Positions 51,101 through 63,300 are shown, numbered from the stretch's first letter. The stretch is 64,000 bases of DNA from Azolla caroliniana (GCA_043228905.1 JBHGNT010000008.1:16368001-16432000), one strand, 5' to 3'. The notes: generated by a model from the letters alone, not told the origin. Program-made: numbers and translations.

Positions 51101-53040
51101 TAAGGAAGTCCGGTCCTACGGGATCCCCACACCAACCAGAGACTCCGGCTGTTCGGCCAACGTGGCAACGTAAGACCGAGGGAGAAGGAAGGTGACGGCG
51201 AGAAACGGGACCGGACTACGCGGAAGACACGAGGAGAGTCCGGGAGGGACTCAAACAAAGTCACCCGAGTTTCGGCAAGCATAGAAACGGAGTCCGGTCC
51301 TATGGGACCCTCACACCGATCCGGAGACTCCGGCTGTTCGGCCAACGTGGCAACGTAAGACCGAGGGAGAAGGACGGTGGCGGCAGGGAACAGGACCCGA
51401 CGACACAAGGGAGGTGCCGGGAATGAGGTGACCAAGTGCCTAGTGGACTGCACAAGGTCGGAGTCAGGGAATGGCAAGAGAGGCCGGAGGAGGATCCTCC
51501 ACACTCGCTTCGTAGATCTCGATGGCTCCGTTGAAGTAGCGAAGACTGACACGGCAAGCCCGGGGTGACAAGCTGGTGGGGGCGAGGGGACGACGGCAAG
51601 CGGAAGACTCAGGACTTATCATGGCAACACGAAGACGAGAAGGGCCAAGCGGGCTACTACGGGGTGTTCCTCAGATGCAAAGGACACCGGTATGAGGGTA
51701 AACGACAATGCACGATCTGGCCAAAAAGGGGGCCGACGAGGCGTGCAATAATCCGGACTGCGACAAGGGCGGTGCCAAACAACGGGTGAGGGAACATGGC
51801 ACACGGAGGTGCCGAAGCGGAAAGGCGAGCGCGGAGATAGGTTGCGCGGTTCGGAGGTAGCGCGGGGAAGGGACCCTCCACAACGTTCCGGAGACCATGG
51901 CGGTTCGAGCCGACGCGGCGACGTAAGACCATGGAGAAGGAAGGTGGCGGCGAGAGGACGAGGGCAACGTGAAACGACATGGGACGACAATCAGGACGAC
52001 GCGAATGATCAACGGAGGCCAAGCGGGCCAGTACGGGCATGCCTCGAACGAGGGCCAACGGAAGTACGAGTACTACGAAGATCGCGGCAGAGGACCCATC
52101 GGCGGGTCGAACGAGCCTACGGGGAGGCGTGCGCGAAGGAAGACTCGGAGCCGACGAATCAAACCGGCAGCGAGCCGAGATGCGGATCACGGGAGACCAA
52201 TTTCTCGCCGGCCGAAATCTCTCACCCTTCAACCAGATTTGGCACATACCGGTGGACGTGCAGTTAGGTGGGGGCGGATGTCGTGAAGAATTTCGGCCAG
52301 AGGCGGAAACCGGGAAACATTGGCTACATCGACGGGGTGCTGCGTGTATACGCACCCATGTACATTTAGTGTGAATATCGAGGGCGCCTTTATGGCGCCG
52401 AAGAGTAGTCAAGTCGGGGACAGACGATCCCATGTATGTCGGGATTGTCCCACATTGTAACGCATCCCCTTCCTTGTTCTATAAAAGGAAGGGAACGCCC
52501 ATTGTGTAAGGGTTGCCCATTTTGCATTAGAGGGTATACCGTTAGGTTTAGAGTTAGGTTCTTCTTCGTCTCCTTCTACGTGTTTCGCTTAGGGTTTGCT
52601 TGGTTCAGCCTCTTGTGCGAGACCCCGCTCGGCGCGACGAGCTGAGAGCTCCTCGACGGCGGCTTGACAGCAGACGACTACTGTAACCTACGTCAGTCCG
52701 GCTCGACGCCGGGAATGTATTCTTCCCTTTATATATATATATATATATATATTTGTCTGTGTATATTCGCGTAGTTGTTGGCGTCGGGTGCTTACCCTTT
52801 CCTGCGTTTTATGTACATAAGGCGTGAGTCGGGTTGTGCGTGTGTGCATGTGCGTGTGCGTGAGTCGGTGTTAAGCACTCTCTCTCTCTCACACACACAC
52901 TCTCTCTCCCTTCGGTTGCTTCCGGTGTGTCTCTGGGATGCCCAGATACAGTGAAGCACGACTTCCTACGCTCCATCACTCTCTAGTCCATGACCCCCGT
53001 GGTCCCGCCTTTCTCCACGAACGCGCGTAACAACGCGACA
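47654..53040 (+). mobile_element. Non-autonomous gag-only LTR retrotransposon (TR-GAG/LARD-like) with tRNA-Trp PBS
   Basis: Near-identical LTRs 47654-48441 and 52279-53040 (TGTCG..CGACA, differing mainly in AT and CT microsatellite length). PBS TGGTGAACTCGACGTGA; PPT AGGTGGGGGCGGA; gag-like GRFNGDKVPSYLEAY..SWEAFEEALLKAY at 48479; no pol motifs; flanks ACAT/ACGT. Confidence 0.9.
50030..50691 (+). mobile_element. Solo LTR related to the Copia LTR at 29221-29867
   Basis: TGTTGGGATTTCGGTCCCTCCGGATGGGAT..TTTCA; perfect 5-bp TSD CTATG (50025-50029, 50692-50696); internal 28-bp tandem units. Confidence 0.9.
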
Positions 53041-53395
53041 ACGTGTCAGCCATCTTCTATGTCGTCTACTACAACGTTCGTTGTGTTATTCTCTTATATG
53101 TATTGTAAATTGGTATTAGTATGGTTGTTCCCACTACCAATTACATAACGAGGTTATTGAGTGGTGGAGTGTTGATACTATCTATCCTTTCGAGATGGGA
53201 ACCCATGGAAGAGTGCAACATATCAAGGGAAGCTTGACGGTAGGTCAACATTTTTGTAACAACCATTTATAACTAATGAAAGGATATTTTCAGGGAAAAT
53301 AAAAAATTGTATCAATATGTATGTATATGTATTGTACACATAGATTGACATATTCACTTTCATGGGGTTTCCCATTCAAATGTAAACGAATACGT

Positions 53396-54007
53396 TGTCG
53401 TGAAGATTTTCGGCAACAGTGTGAAAATCACGTGGAAAGGAGAAAATCGAGAAGGGTTCACTTTCATGCTTCTCTCATTGTTTCTTTTCTCAATGAGTTA
53501 TCCCACATATATATGCAACTAATATGACTCTCTTTATATATATACCAACTTATCTCAATATATATGACTGTGTATGTTCGTTTGAAATTTTATTTGACCG
53601 AATCTCGTTTCGTATTTTTTCGGTCAATTTCAACCAACTGACCCTTGTTTCGACTTTCTGATCGATTTCCGCAGCCGACTCCCATTTCGGTTTATTTCGA
53701 CCCACTAACTCTTGTTTCGGCTCTCTGAATGATTTCGACAGCCGACTCTCATTTCGGCTTTTCGAATGATTACATGCATTGTATGCATGTCTTGCACCCT
53801 CACATGCATCATATGCATGGGGGCATCTATAAAAGAGTGGAGGAAAAAGAAAAGGGGAATGGATCAAGCAAGCTATGTACTGAATCAAGAAAATAATAAT
53901 AAAAAATCTAGTTATCCTTTTGGTGATGTATCTTGTCTCTCAAAATTTGAAGTCAAGGGTTCAAACTCTCACTCTCAATCTGTCTTTGAATTAGAATCTA
54001 CGTCTTT

Positions 54008-54051
<44 letters not shown>

Positions 54052-54151
54052 AATACTTTCTCGCTAAAGCTACAAGAAACATTGAATCCTTCCGGTCTAG
54101 GACCCCGGTGGTCCCGCTTCATTTCGCGAACACGCGAGATTTTCCTCGACA
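53396..54151 (+). mobile_element. Solo LTR related at both termini to the 47654 element
   Basis: TGTCGTGAAGATTTTCGGC...GTGGTCCCGC...CGACA; perfect 4-bp TSD ACGT (53392-53395, 54152-54155). Confidence 0.85.
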
Positions 54152-54199
54152 ACGTATACGAATGCATGGTCAAGTATTCGTTTAACAAAAAAACAAAAA

Positions 54200-54275
54200 A
54201 GAGAGTACATGAACTCCCTCCTTAAAAAGAGTACATGAATTCCCTCCTTAGAAAGAGTACATGCATTCCCTCCTT
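54200..54275. repeat. About three tandem ~28-bp units (AGAGTACATGAATTCCCTCCTTA)
   Basis: Directly visible in the sequence. Confidence 0.8.
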
Positions 54276-54302
54276 TATAGTTTTCTAGGATATAAAAAAA
54301 GG

Positions 54303-55358
54303 AACTTAGACAATAAAAGGGAACAATAAAGGAGGGACTTGACACTAATAATTTTTTATAATAAATATAAAAGTATTTGTTTTATTTTTAATAAATAAAT
54401 AAATAAAATAAAGGTTTATTAATTCCTCACTTTTTCTTCTCCCAAAATTTATGGATATTTTTATCTGACATTAAAAATGGGACTTCACAGTGCACACCAT
54501 AGTACGTAAAATTCATGTTCGTTTTCCTATGTTGGAAATGAACACGAATGATATTAAAATATTCGTGTGTTTTTTTCCTTTTTTTTGTTTTTTTTGTTTT
54601 TTCCCTCTTTTTCCCCCTTTCCCCCCTTTTTCTCTGCACATCAATGTAACGTTACGCTCTCCTCTCCTCTCCCACCTAGCCTCGAACGATCTATTGCTTC
54701 AATGATCTGCATACCAACGAGATTCAGGTATATTTAGGGTTAATAATAGGGTTTAAAGTTGTTTAAACTTTAGGTCATAGTATGTACTATGTAGTATGTC
54801 TTATGTAGTATAGAAATTTTTGTAATTTTTTTGTAAGTTTTGTAATTGTTTTGTAATTTCTCCAAAATTTCTGAAATCTCTTTGTAATTTCTATCATTTC
54901 TGTAATTTTTTTATAAATTTTGAAATTTCTATATCATTTCTTTGTGATTTCTGTAATTTTTCTTTTATTTATTTTATAATTTCTGTAATTATTCAATAAA
55001 GCTTGTAATTGCTTTAATTTGTAAAAGTATGGTATTTATCATTCTTCGAGGGTGTTTAGCATTCTCGGACACGAATGCACAAATGGTACGTATGGTTCAT
55101 ACTATGGTGCACACTAATCATACTTCTATAATAAATATAAAAATATTTGTTTTTTCTAATTAATTAATTAATTAAAGGCTCATAAACTATCCCCTTTTTT
55201 AGTTGACACGATAAAGGAAAGTTAATACTAATCATATTTTTATAATCTATTAATGAATGATTGTTCTTTGTTTAGTGAATTAAATTTATTTATTTATTTT
55301 AAATTAATTAATTAATTTTTTGTATATTTATTTTGCAAAACGAATAGTTTTATAATAT
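54303..55358. repeat. Direct repeat copy 1 (about 445 bp after removing the inserted MITE)
   Basis: Colinear with 59863-60306: ACTTAGACAATAAAA..GGGACTTCACA.TGCACAC|TAATCAT..TTTTATAATAT. Confidence 0.85.
54498..55106. mobile_element. hAT-type MITE (609 bp)
   Basis: TIR CATAGTA..TACTATG; perfect 8-bp TSD GTGCACAC. The equivalent empty site is visible in repeat copy 2 near 60051. Confidence 0.9.
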
Positions 55359-56101
55359 TCTTAAGGTCATTTCGTATTCTCGAATATTGCGAATATCACG
55401 CATGTGTCAATCTATGACTGTACGTTATGTATGTATGTATGTATGCGTATTGTATGTTATGTATGATATATGTATGCATTTGTGTTGTATCTTACTAGGA
55501 CCAAATGGTCGAAACAAGGAGTGCATAAGGATAGGCACACGACGGTTAGAGGGTGGTTACGCTAAACAAGAGAAAGTAGGCAACATACACTAATGAGAGA
55601 GAGAGAGAGAGAGAGATGTTTTTATTAAAAGAGGATGGTGGTCTTATGCAAACTAGTTTCGTTCCATAGTGGAGCTCTTCAGTGCAAAGACCATTACAAC
55701 AAGAGAATGGGATTAATAACGGGGTGGGGAGGAAGAGGAAGTGAGAGAAAAGGAGTGTGGTGGATTTGATTTGTGTAGTAGATGAGATAGAATAGGAGGT
55801 AGTGATGAGAGAGAGAGAGAGAGAGAGACAAAGAAAGAAAGATATATTAACGTCTTCTAAGGCCAAATTTGGCCCATGAGACAAATGGTTTACAACAAAA
55901 ACTGAGATATTTACCCATTCATCGAAAGTAAAAAATAAAAATAAAAATAGAGTTTTAAGTTAAATAGTTCTAGTAAAATAAAATAACATGTTCTGAAATG
56001 AAAATGATGTTATACTAGGCCTAATTTCATTTCTATCCAAGTCTCTCGAAGAGGAGTGGGAGGGTTTAGGGTTTTGATGTGGATGTGGCCCGTGGCCCCA
56101 A

Positions 56102-56142
<41 letters not shown>

Positions 56143-56406
56143 TGTGTATGAATGTGCTAGGGAGTGAGAGAATGTGCTAGGGAGTGAGAGAGGGGGAATG
56201 AGTGTAATAATGATGATGATGGGTGTAGAGTGAGGGGAGTTCTTAATGTGGTGAAAAAAAAGGGGGTTTAGGATGGTGGTACAATATTAAGTGGGGTATG
56301 TGAGTGTTTTTTTTTAAAACTTCGTTTTAAGTAGGGGATTTGGGTGGATTGTTTGAAAATTTAGTCTTGAGTGGGGGATTTGGGTGGATTGTTTCAAAAC
56401 TTCGTC

Positions 56407-58380
56407 TTAAGTGGGGGATTCGGGTGGACTTTTTGAAAACTTAGTCTTAACTAGGAGGGCATGTATGGACTTAGATTTTGTCCAACATATAAAGGGACGT
56501 GAGATGCTAGCAAGCTCAAGATCTAGCACAAAGTCATTATAGAGATTTTTTAGAAAACTATGAATGCCTAATTTTGGGGTATTTTTGGTGTATCTAAGTT
56601 TAAAGATTGTGGGGTTACGGGATGTAATAGTTTTGGGTTGATAAAGGAGTGTTTTTCTAAGATTAAAGGGTATTTTCCTATAGCTTTTTAGTATGAGGGA
56701 AGGGGGGGTAGCCACGGTTAACTAGTCTATTGAAAAAGAGTTTTTTCATTTGGTAGAAACCTAATGGGGTGCTTTCTCTAATGAGATATCTCCTTACTTC
56801 ATTAGTGATAAAGTGTTGTTTTGTATGGGGAGGATGATCCGATAAGAAAGGCAAGTATTGGTATGAATTGAGAGGTTTTTGAAAACAATTAAATGAAAAA
56901 GATGAGTTTTCAATGTTGATCCATATGTCTAAAAAGGGTAGCCCAGAGGGAGAAGTTTGAATAGTAAGTTTGATGGAGTTATTTGTGTGTAAAGGGTAAA
57001 AGTCAAGATATTCTAAAATATGAGATTTGGTGCTTGTCCAAACCCCAAATGCATCATCAATATAGCGGGTGAAGTAGAAGAGATGGGGGGGGGGGGGGGT
57101 GATGGTTGTAAGTTTTCAAGATATACTAAAAAGAGGCAGGCATATACAACTGAAAAGTTGTTGCCTATAGCCATATCTTTTATTTGTTGGTAGACTACGT
57201 CGTCGAAAGTGAGATAGTGATAATCTAAAACAAGGGCACTAAGGGTATTATTAGATGAGATTAGTTTTTGAAGGGGCAAAGTGGGGGATCATTAGACTAC
57301 GTAAGAATTGGAGTCCTATCTTAGGGGGGATACTAGGATAGAGAGATTCAACGTCAAATGTGAATAAGAAACTATTAGATGGTTGGTGTAAGTTTTCTAG
57401 TGATTGGATTAGTGTGTGGGAGTCTTTGAGATATTGTGGTTGGAGGAGGATTGGTAGAAGTTGGTAGTGTAACCACTTCGATGTTTGTTCAAATAAGTAT
57501 GAGTTGTTATATGAACAAATGGGTCGAAAACCCATAGGGGTTTTCTGTAATTTAGGGAGGAAGTAGAGGTTGGATACTTGATATCCTTTTTTGGGTTTAT
57601 GGATGATGAAATTGGCTTCAGTTAGGGAAAGTGTACCTAAGTGTTTTGTTATTATGTTATCGAGGCGGTATAGTAACTCTTCCAAGGGGAAGTGGTTGAC
57701 TCTCTTATAGGTGGTAGAATTTGAGAGGTGTTCTATGGCTTTGGTGTAGTATGTGTCTTTATCCAAAACACATACACCCATATTTGTATTGGCTAGGAGG
57801 ATGATAATGTATTTGTTGTTTTGGAGGCTTTTAAGGGCCCTAGAGAGGTGGTATGAGATTCCAGTGTTTTTGGGTGTAGTGTTGTGTACTATTTGGTTAA
57901 GGATGTGTTGTTGTTTTTCTATGATGGAGACTAGGGGTGGATATTCTATGGGTGGCATCCAACTAGGGTTAGGTAGTTTGAAAGGGCTGAGAGGAAGTGA
58001 AATTGTATCTCTAAAAAACTTCTTAGCTTGAGTGATCTACAGAGGTGGGTGAATTCTTTTAGGATATTGTCGGGGGAGGGAGGTGGGGACGTACTTCAGG
58101 CCTAGGCTGAGCAATTGCGTTTCATTTTTAGTGAGGCTATGTTTAGAGAGGTTTTGGATTTTACTAAGAATTACTTGTGTACTAGTAAAAGGTTTCCAAA
58201 AGTTGGTTCTAGGTTTTTTATTTCGAGATTTGGGGTGTGGAAGGAAGGGAAATAGTTTCTGTTTACTACCAAACCACATACACGTGTCTTGGATGGAGGG
58301 GGATCTATTAAGTAGGTAGAATAAATGCTTACTAGGGTATATGGCATGTCTAAACCGTTTGTTAACGCGTTTAGCACACT
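56407..58380 (-). mobile_element. Penelope-like element RT ORF, frameshifted, with no GIY-YIG endonuclease visible
   Basis: LLSLGLKYVPT; LANTNMGVCVLDK; YFLPKLQK..FRPICS; YLKDS..FTFDVESLYPSIP; YQQIKDMAIG; RYIDD (about 57053-57067); thumb QKPLNSYQYLPFLSDHPPH..RGYP; ends KSIHALLVKTKF..stop. Confidence 0.88.
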
Positions 58381-59344
58381 TGGCTAACCGCTTTTTGGTC
58401 TACTAGTTTGTGGGTCTCCTAGTGGTTTTGGGGGAGACAAGGTTTTGATGTATTTTTATAGTGTTTATAATTTTTATGTGAGGGAGTGTTAGAATAAAAA
58501 TGGGGGGTTTTTGTGCTAGGAAGAAAGGGGAGGGGGGTTGATTGTAATATGGAGAATGTGTGGGGGGGATATGAGTGGAATAAGGAGGATGTGTTGGGGG
58601 GGAATGATAAGTATAATGGGAGTGATGTGGGTGAATTAAAGGGGTAGGAGTAGGGTAAGGATTTGAAAAACGTTGGGGAAGGGCATTATGAAAATTAGAT
58701 GATAATAGGGGAGGGGTAGAGTGATAATGAGAAGAAATTTGTGGGGGGTTTGAACGAAATTCTTCAAAATAAGGGGGGCGGTTAGAGTAAGAATTAGATA
58801 AAAAAGGGGAGGTGGTATCTATGTAATATTTAGAAAGTAAAAAGGGGGTAGGAGGAGGAGGATGGGGGAATGAGTGAGAGAAAGAGAGAGGAGGGAAGGA
58901 GAAGGAAGAGGGGGGAGTTGTTTGTACAAAGAGGCTGCGTGGGGAAGATTAGGGTTACGTAGGTGAGAGACATTGTGTTCTTCATAATATATGTGTGGGG
59001 TTGGGAGGAGAGGCGGCATGTATCCATGCCGATTGCCTTGTGCAAGCCTGTGCATCACGCTATGGGGGGGTTTTAGAGCTATAGGCCGGTTGTCATACAC
59101 AGTCCCAAGGCTTACATCGGAGGGGTAGAACGGATATGTATGATGGTTTTCGTTTCCAGAGATGTGGTCGTTACCATGTCGAAGATGGAGCGGTGGCCAG
59201 GCCTGTAATTGTGGATGATGTTGGTCGTGGCAGAGTTCGTTGTTACTTACATCGAAGGGGGATAATGGGTATGTATGATGGTTTCCGTTTCTAGAGATGT
59301 GGTCGTTACGAGGTCAAAGATGGAGTGGCGGCCCCACCTGTAAT

Positions 59345-59565
59345 CATAGTATGAACCATACATGCATTCGCATTCGCGTAAGAAAAACACCCTCAAAGAA
59401 TGATAAATACCATACATTTGGATTAACTATTTATTATGAGGAAAATAAGCCTAAAAAATGGAAAAAACACAAAAAACACAAGAATGTTTGAATAACATTC
59501 GCATTCGTTTTCCAACGTAGGAAAATGAATGTTATGCTAGACGAACATGAATTTTACGTACTATG
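59345..59565. mobile_element. Short (221 bp) hAT-type MITE; same family as 54498-55106, opposite orientation
   Basis: Ends CATAGTATGAACCATA..CGAACATGAATTTTACGTACTATG; perfect 8-bp TSD CCTGTAAT. Confidence 0.9.
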
Positions 59566-59862
59566 CCTGTAATTGTGGATGATGTTGGTCGTGGCAGAGT
59601 TCGTTGTTAGTGGGTGGCTGGTTCCTGTCAAATGTTGGTGGCGGGCATGATATGTATGGTGCTGAAATATGTGAATTCCACACATATAGTGGATGGTGTC
59701 CGGCGCTGACTATGGTAAAAGGATGTGAGGGAAGTTTATTTGGTTTATAAAGTGTGATCCCCGAGCCAAATGGCGGATGAAGTTCTTACTAACTTCATTT
59801 GTGGTTATGTTGCAGGTAAATTGGGGGAGGGAGTGATGGTTGGTTGGTCACAATAAAAAGGG

Positions 59863-60306
59863 ACTTAGACAATAAAATGGGAACATTAAAAGAGGGACTT
59901 GACACTAATAAATTTTTATAATAAATATAAAAGTATTTGTTTTATTTTTAATAAATAAATAAAATAAAATAAAGGTTCATTAATTCCTCAATTTTTCTTC
60001 TCCCAAAATTTATGGATATTTTTATCTGACATTAAAAATGGGACTTCACAATGCACACTAATCATATTACTATAATAAATATAAAAATATTTGTTTAATT
60101 AATTAATTAATTAAATTTAATTAAGGTTCCTAAACTCTCCCCTTTTTTATTTGACACTATAAAAGAGAGTTAATACTAATCATATTTTTATAATCTATTA
60201 ATGAATTATTGTTCTTGGTTTAGTGAAGTAAATTTATTTATTTATTTAAAATTAATTAATTAATTTTTTGTATATTTATTTTGCAAAATGAATGGTTTTA
60301 TAATAT
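59863..60306. repeat. Direct repeat copy 2
   Basis: Colinear with 54303-55358; cut off by a Gypsy LTR at 60307. Confidence 0.85.
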
Positions 60307-63300
60307 TGTGAAGTGCTCTGAATAATAGAATAACAAAATAATCCCTTTCTATTAAGTTAGAGTTACATCTTATAAGCATGTAGCGTGGCGGGTGATTTCC
60401 AACTCCAATCGGTTATGGGTAGCTGCCCTAATTATGGGGAGTTGGCCAAGCCCTAATTTAGGTGTGGTCAATGTGACCCTGGTTAGGTGGGGCCTTGGTT
60501 AAGGTTCGTAGTAATACCACAATTCCCCCTTGTAAAAAAAGAAGTTATTGTACGATCGGAGCGAGGCGGGGCGTGCGCGGCGGTTCTAGGCGGAGGGACG
60601 ACATGGGCGTCGGTGTGGGCGGTGGTAGCTGATGGAAGGGCTTCATGCGCGACGGAGTAGGCAGGTAGTGCTGCGTATCTGCGTTTGAACTTCGACGGGA
60701 CCGATCCATTGGTGCATGAGCGACTCGTTCATGTCGTGATGACGGATGGGGAAATAGACGAGGACTTTGTTGTCGACGTGGTATTGATGGTCAGCGCGGC
60801 CTGCGTCGTGTTGGTGTTTTTGGCGGACCTGTGCTTGGTGGAGGTTGTTCGCAATGGCTTTGCGGAGGAGGGGTTGGAGTTATTGCAGGTGGGACCACCA
60901 GGACACTACGTCTGAGTGGAGTGGTGTGGTCGGTTGTGGGACTGCCGCTTTAGTGGGTAAGTGCATGTCTTTGACGTAGAGGGCTCGGAAGGGGCTAATG
61001 TGGGTGGAGGCTTGCACAGTTGTGTTGTAGGCATCTGTAATGAAGGGCAAGATACGATCCCAGGTCGAGTGTAGAGGATTGATGTAGGCTGAGATTTCCT
61101 GCTTTAAGGTTTGGTTTGGGCGCTTCGTCAATCCATTCGTCTAGGGGTGGTAGGGTGACGTAAATAATTGTTCGATTCTTAATTGTGCAAAAATGAGACG
61201 TAGGCGCTCGTTGTTGAATTGGGGTCCCCGATCAAACAAGATTTGGAGTGGGCAGCTGTGGGGAAAGATAATTTTCTCTAGTTGTTTGGTGGCGATGGTC
61301 ATAGCCTTCGCATATGGGATAGCAGTTGGATTGGCCCAACGTGTCAAGTACTCGGTTATTACGAGAAGGAACTTGTTCCTTTCTTGTGACTCGGGGAAGG
61401 GGCCCAAAATGTCCCATCCGACGATTTCAAATGTAGGTTGAACCTGTATCGGATGTAAGAGGCCTTGAGCCACTTGAGGTGATTTGATGGCCTGACATGA
61501 CTTGCATGCTTTGATGTAGGAGGCGACCTCATGCCGTAGCCTCGGCCAGTAGAAGCTGCAACAGATTTTGTCTAGCACCTTGTAGAAACCCAAGTGGCCG
61601 GACAAGAGGTGCTCGTGGAAAAAACGAAGGTAAGACAAGCACAATTGCTAATGCACATAGACTCGGGGTTCCTTGCCTTTCTGGCAAAAAAGCAAGATAT
61701 TATCCCGGATCATGAATTGCTTGGTGAGGAATGATGTGGGCTCGGCTCATAGGCGGTGGTAGATGTCTTGGATCTTTTTGTCGTGTTGTTGCATGCTCGC
61801 CATCTGGGATGAGGATACAGGGAAATCGGTTGTGGAGGAGGCGACCTGGTTAACCTGAAGTGATATGCGAAATAATCCATTGGAGACGATGTTCTAGGGA
61901 TCGCAACAATACTACAGAGTGAACGTGTAATCCTGCAGTGCCAAAGCCCAACAGAGTAACCAACCTGATGGGTGAGCCTTTCGTATGAGGGAGAGTAATG
62001 GTTGATAGTCGGTTTCGATTGATGTGTGTGATTCATGCAGGTAAGGGTGGAAATGGTGGAATGCCCAGATGATTGCAAGTAGCTCTTTTTTGGTTGTCGA
62101 GTAATTCTTCTCAGCTTTGGTAAGTGACCAACTTATGTAGGCAATCGGGTTTAGTTGGTCGTTGTCATCGATTTGTAGCAGGACCGTGTCGAGGCCGATG
62201 TTGGAGGCATCCGTCTGCAGATGGAAAGGCTTCGTGAAGTTAGGGTGTGCCAATATGTTAGAGGCTTGGAGTGTTCGCTTGAGCTGTAGGAAGCTGGATT
62301 CGCAAGCGTTGGTCCATAGAAAAGATGCGTCTTTTTGCAAGAGTTTGCATAGTGGGGGTTGACAGGCTGGCTAGCTGTGGGATGAAGTGGAGAGAGAGCG
62401 TGAGGAGGTCGAGGAAACGTTGAAGCTGCTTGACTGTGGTGGGGCATGGGAATTTTTGGATTGCTTGCGTCTTCTCAGGGTCCATTTGTATTCCAACGGA
62501 GGAGATGACATACCTGAGGAAGAGGAGGTGCGTACTACCCCAACGACACTTCTTCCATTGCAATTGCAATCGATAGCGCTGAACACAAGTTAGGATCTCT
62601 TGAAGGACTTGGAGGTGTTCCGCCCAAGTGCTTGTATGTATCAGAATATCGTCTAGATAGACAATGACAACATGACGGGTGATGAGATCGTCAAAGATGG
62701 CATTCGCCATTCGCATGCTCCTGACGTCGGATAGGCCAAAGGGCATCTGTGTGAACTGAAAGATGCCTTTCTTGGTGTGGAATGCAGTTTTGTGGGCGTC
62801 TTCGGGGTTCATGGGGATTTGCCAGTATCCCGAGGCCAAATCAAGGGAGGAGAAGTACTTTGATTTGCCGAGTTGGTCGAGGAGGTCGTCGATACAAGGG
62901 AGAGGATACCGGACATGGGTAATGACGTGGTTCAGTTGTTGGAAGTCAACATAGAAACAGTAAGATCTGTCCCTTTTCTTTACCATGTGTGACTCCGAGA
63001 ACCACTCGCTCTTGGAGGGTGTGAAGATTCCTTGTTGCAACATAGTTTTGACGGTATTGTCGATGCGCTGGTGGTTGAGAGGGGGGTTGCTATGTTACGG
63101 GCATGACCATATAATATCCCGTGGCGAGAATTTACCATAGTATTCTATACATATGGATAAAGTGTGAGGGTTAAACGAGAGTGTAAAGAAGGGGAGGATT
63201 ACTTTTAATGCTCAGGATTGAGACAACCCGTTAGGCCAAGTGTGAACTTGCCTGGGGGCTTAGGTTTGGCTATAAATATGATACCTAGCTACCGTCATTT

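Noticed and set aside
48900-52433. Many overlapping ORFs on both strands
   Set aside because: These are expected from GC-rich repetitive LTR-element interior, and none has a recognisable domain.
54290-60306. Hammerhead ribozyme in the PLE-associated repeats
   Set aside because: No CTGANGA plus GAAA core with pairing stems was found by eye; a covariance search is needed.
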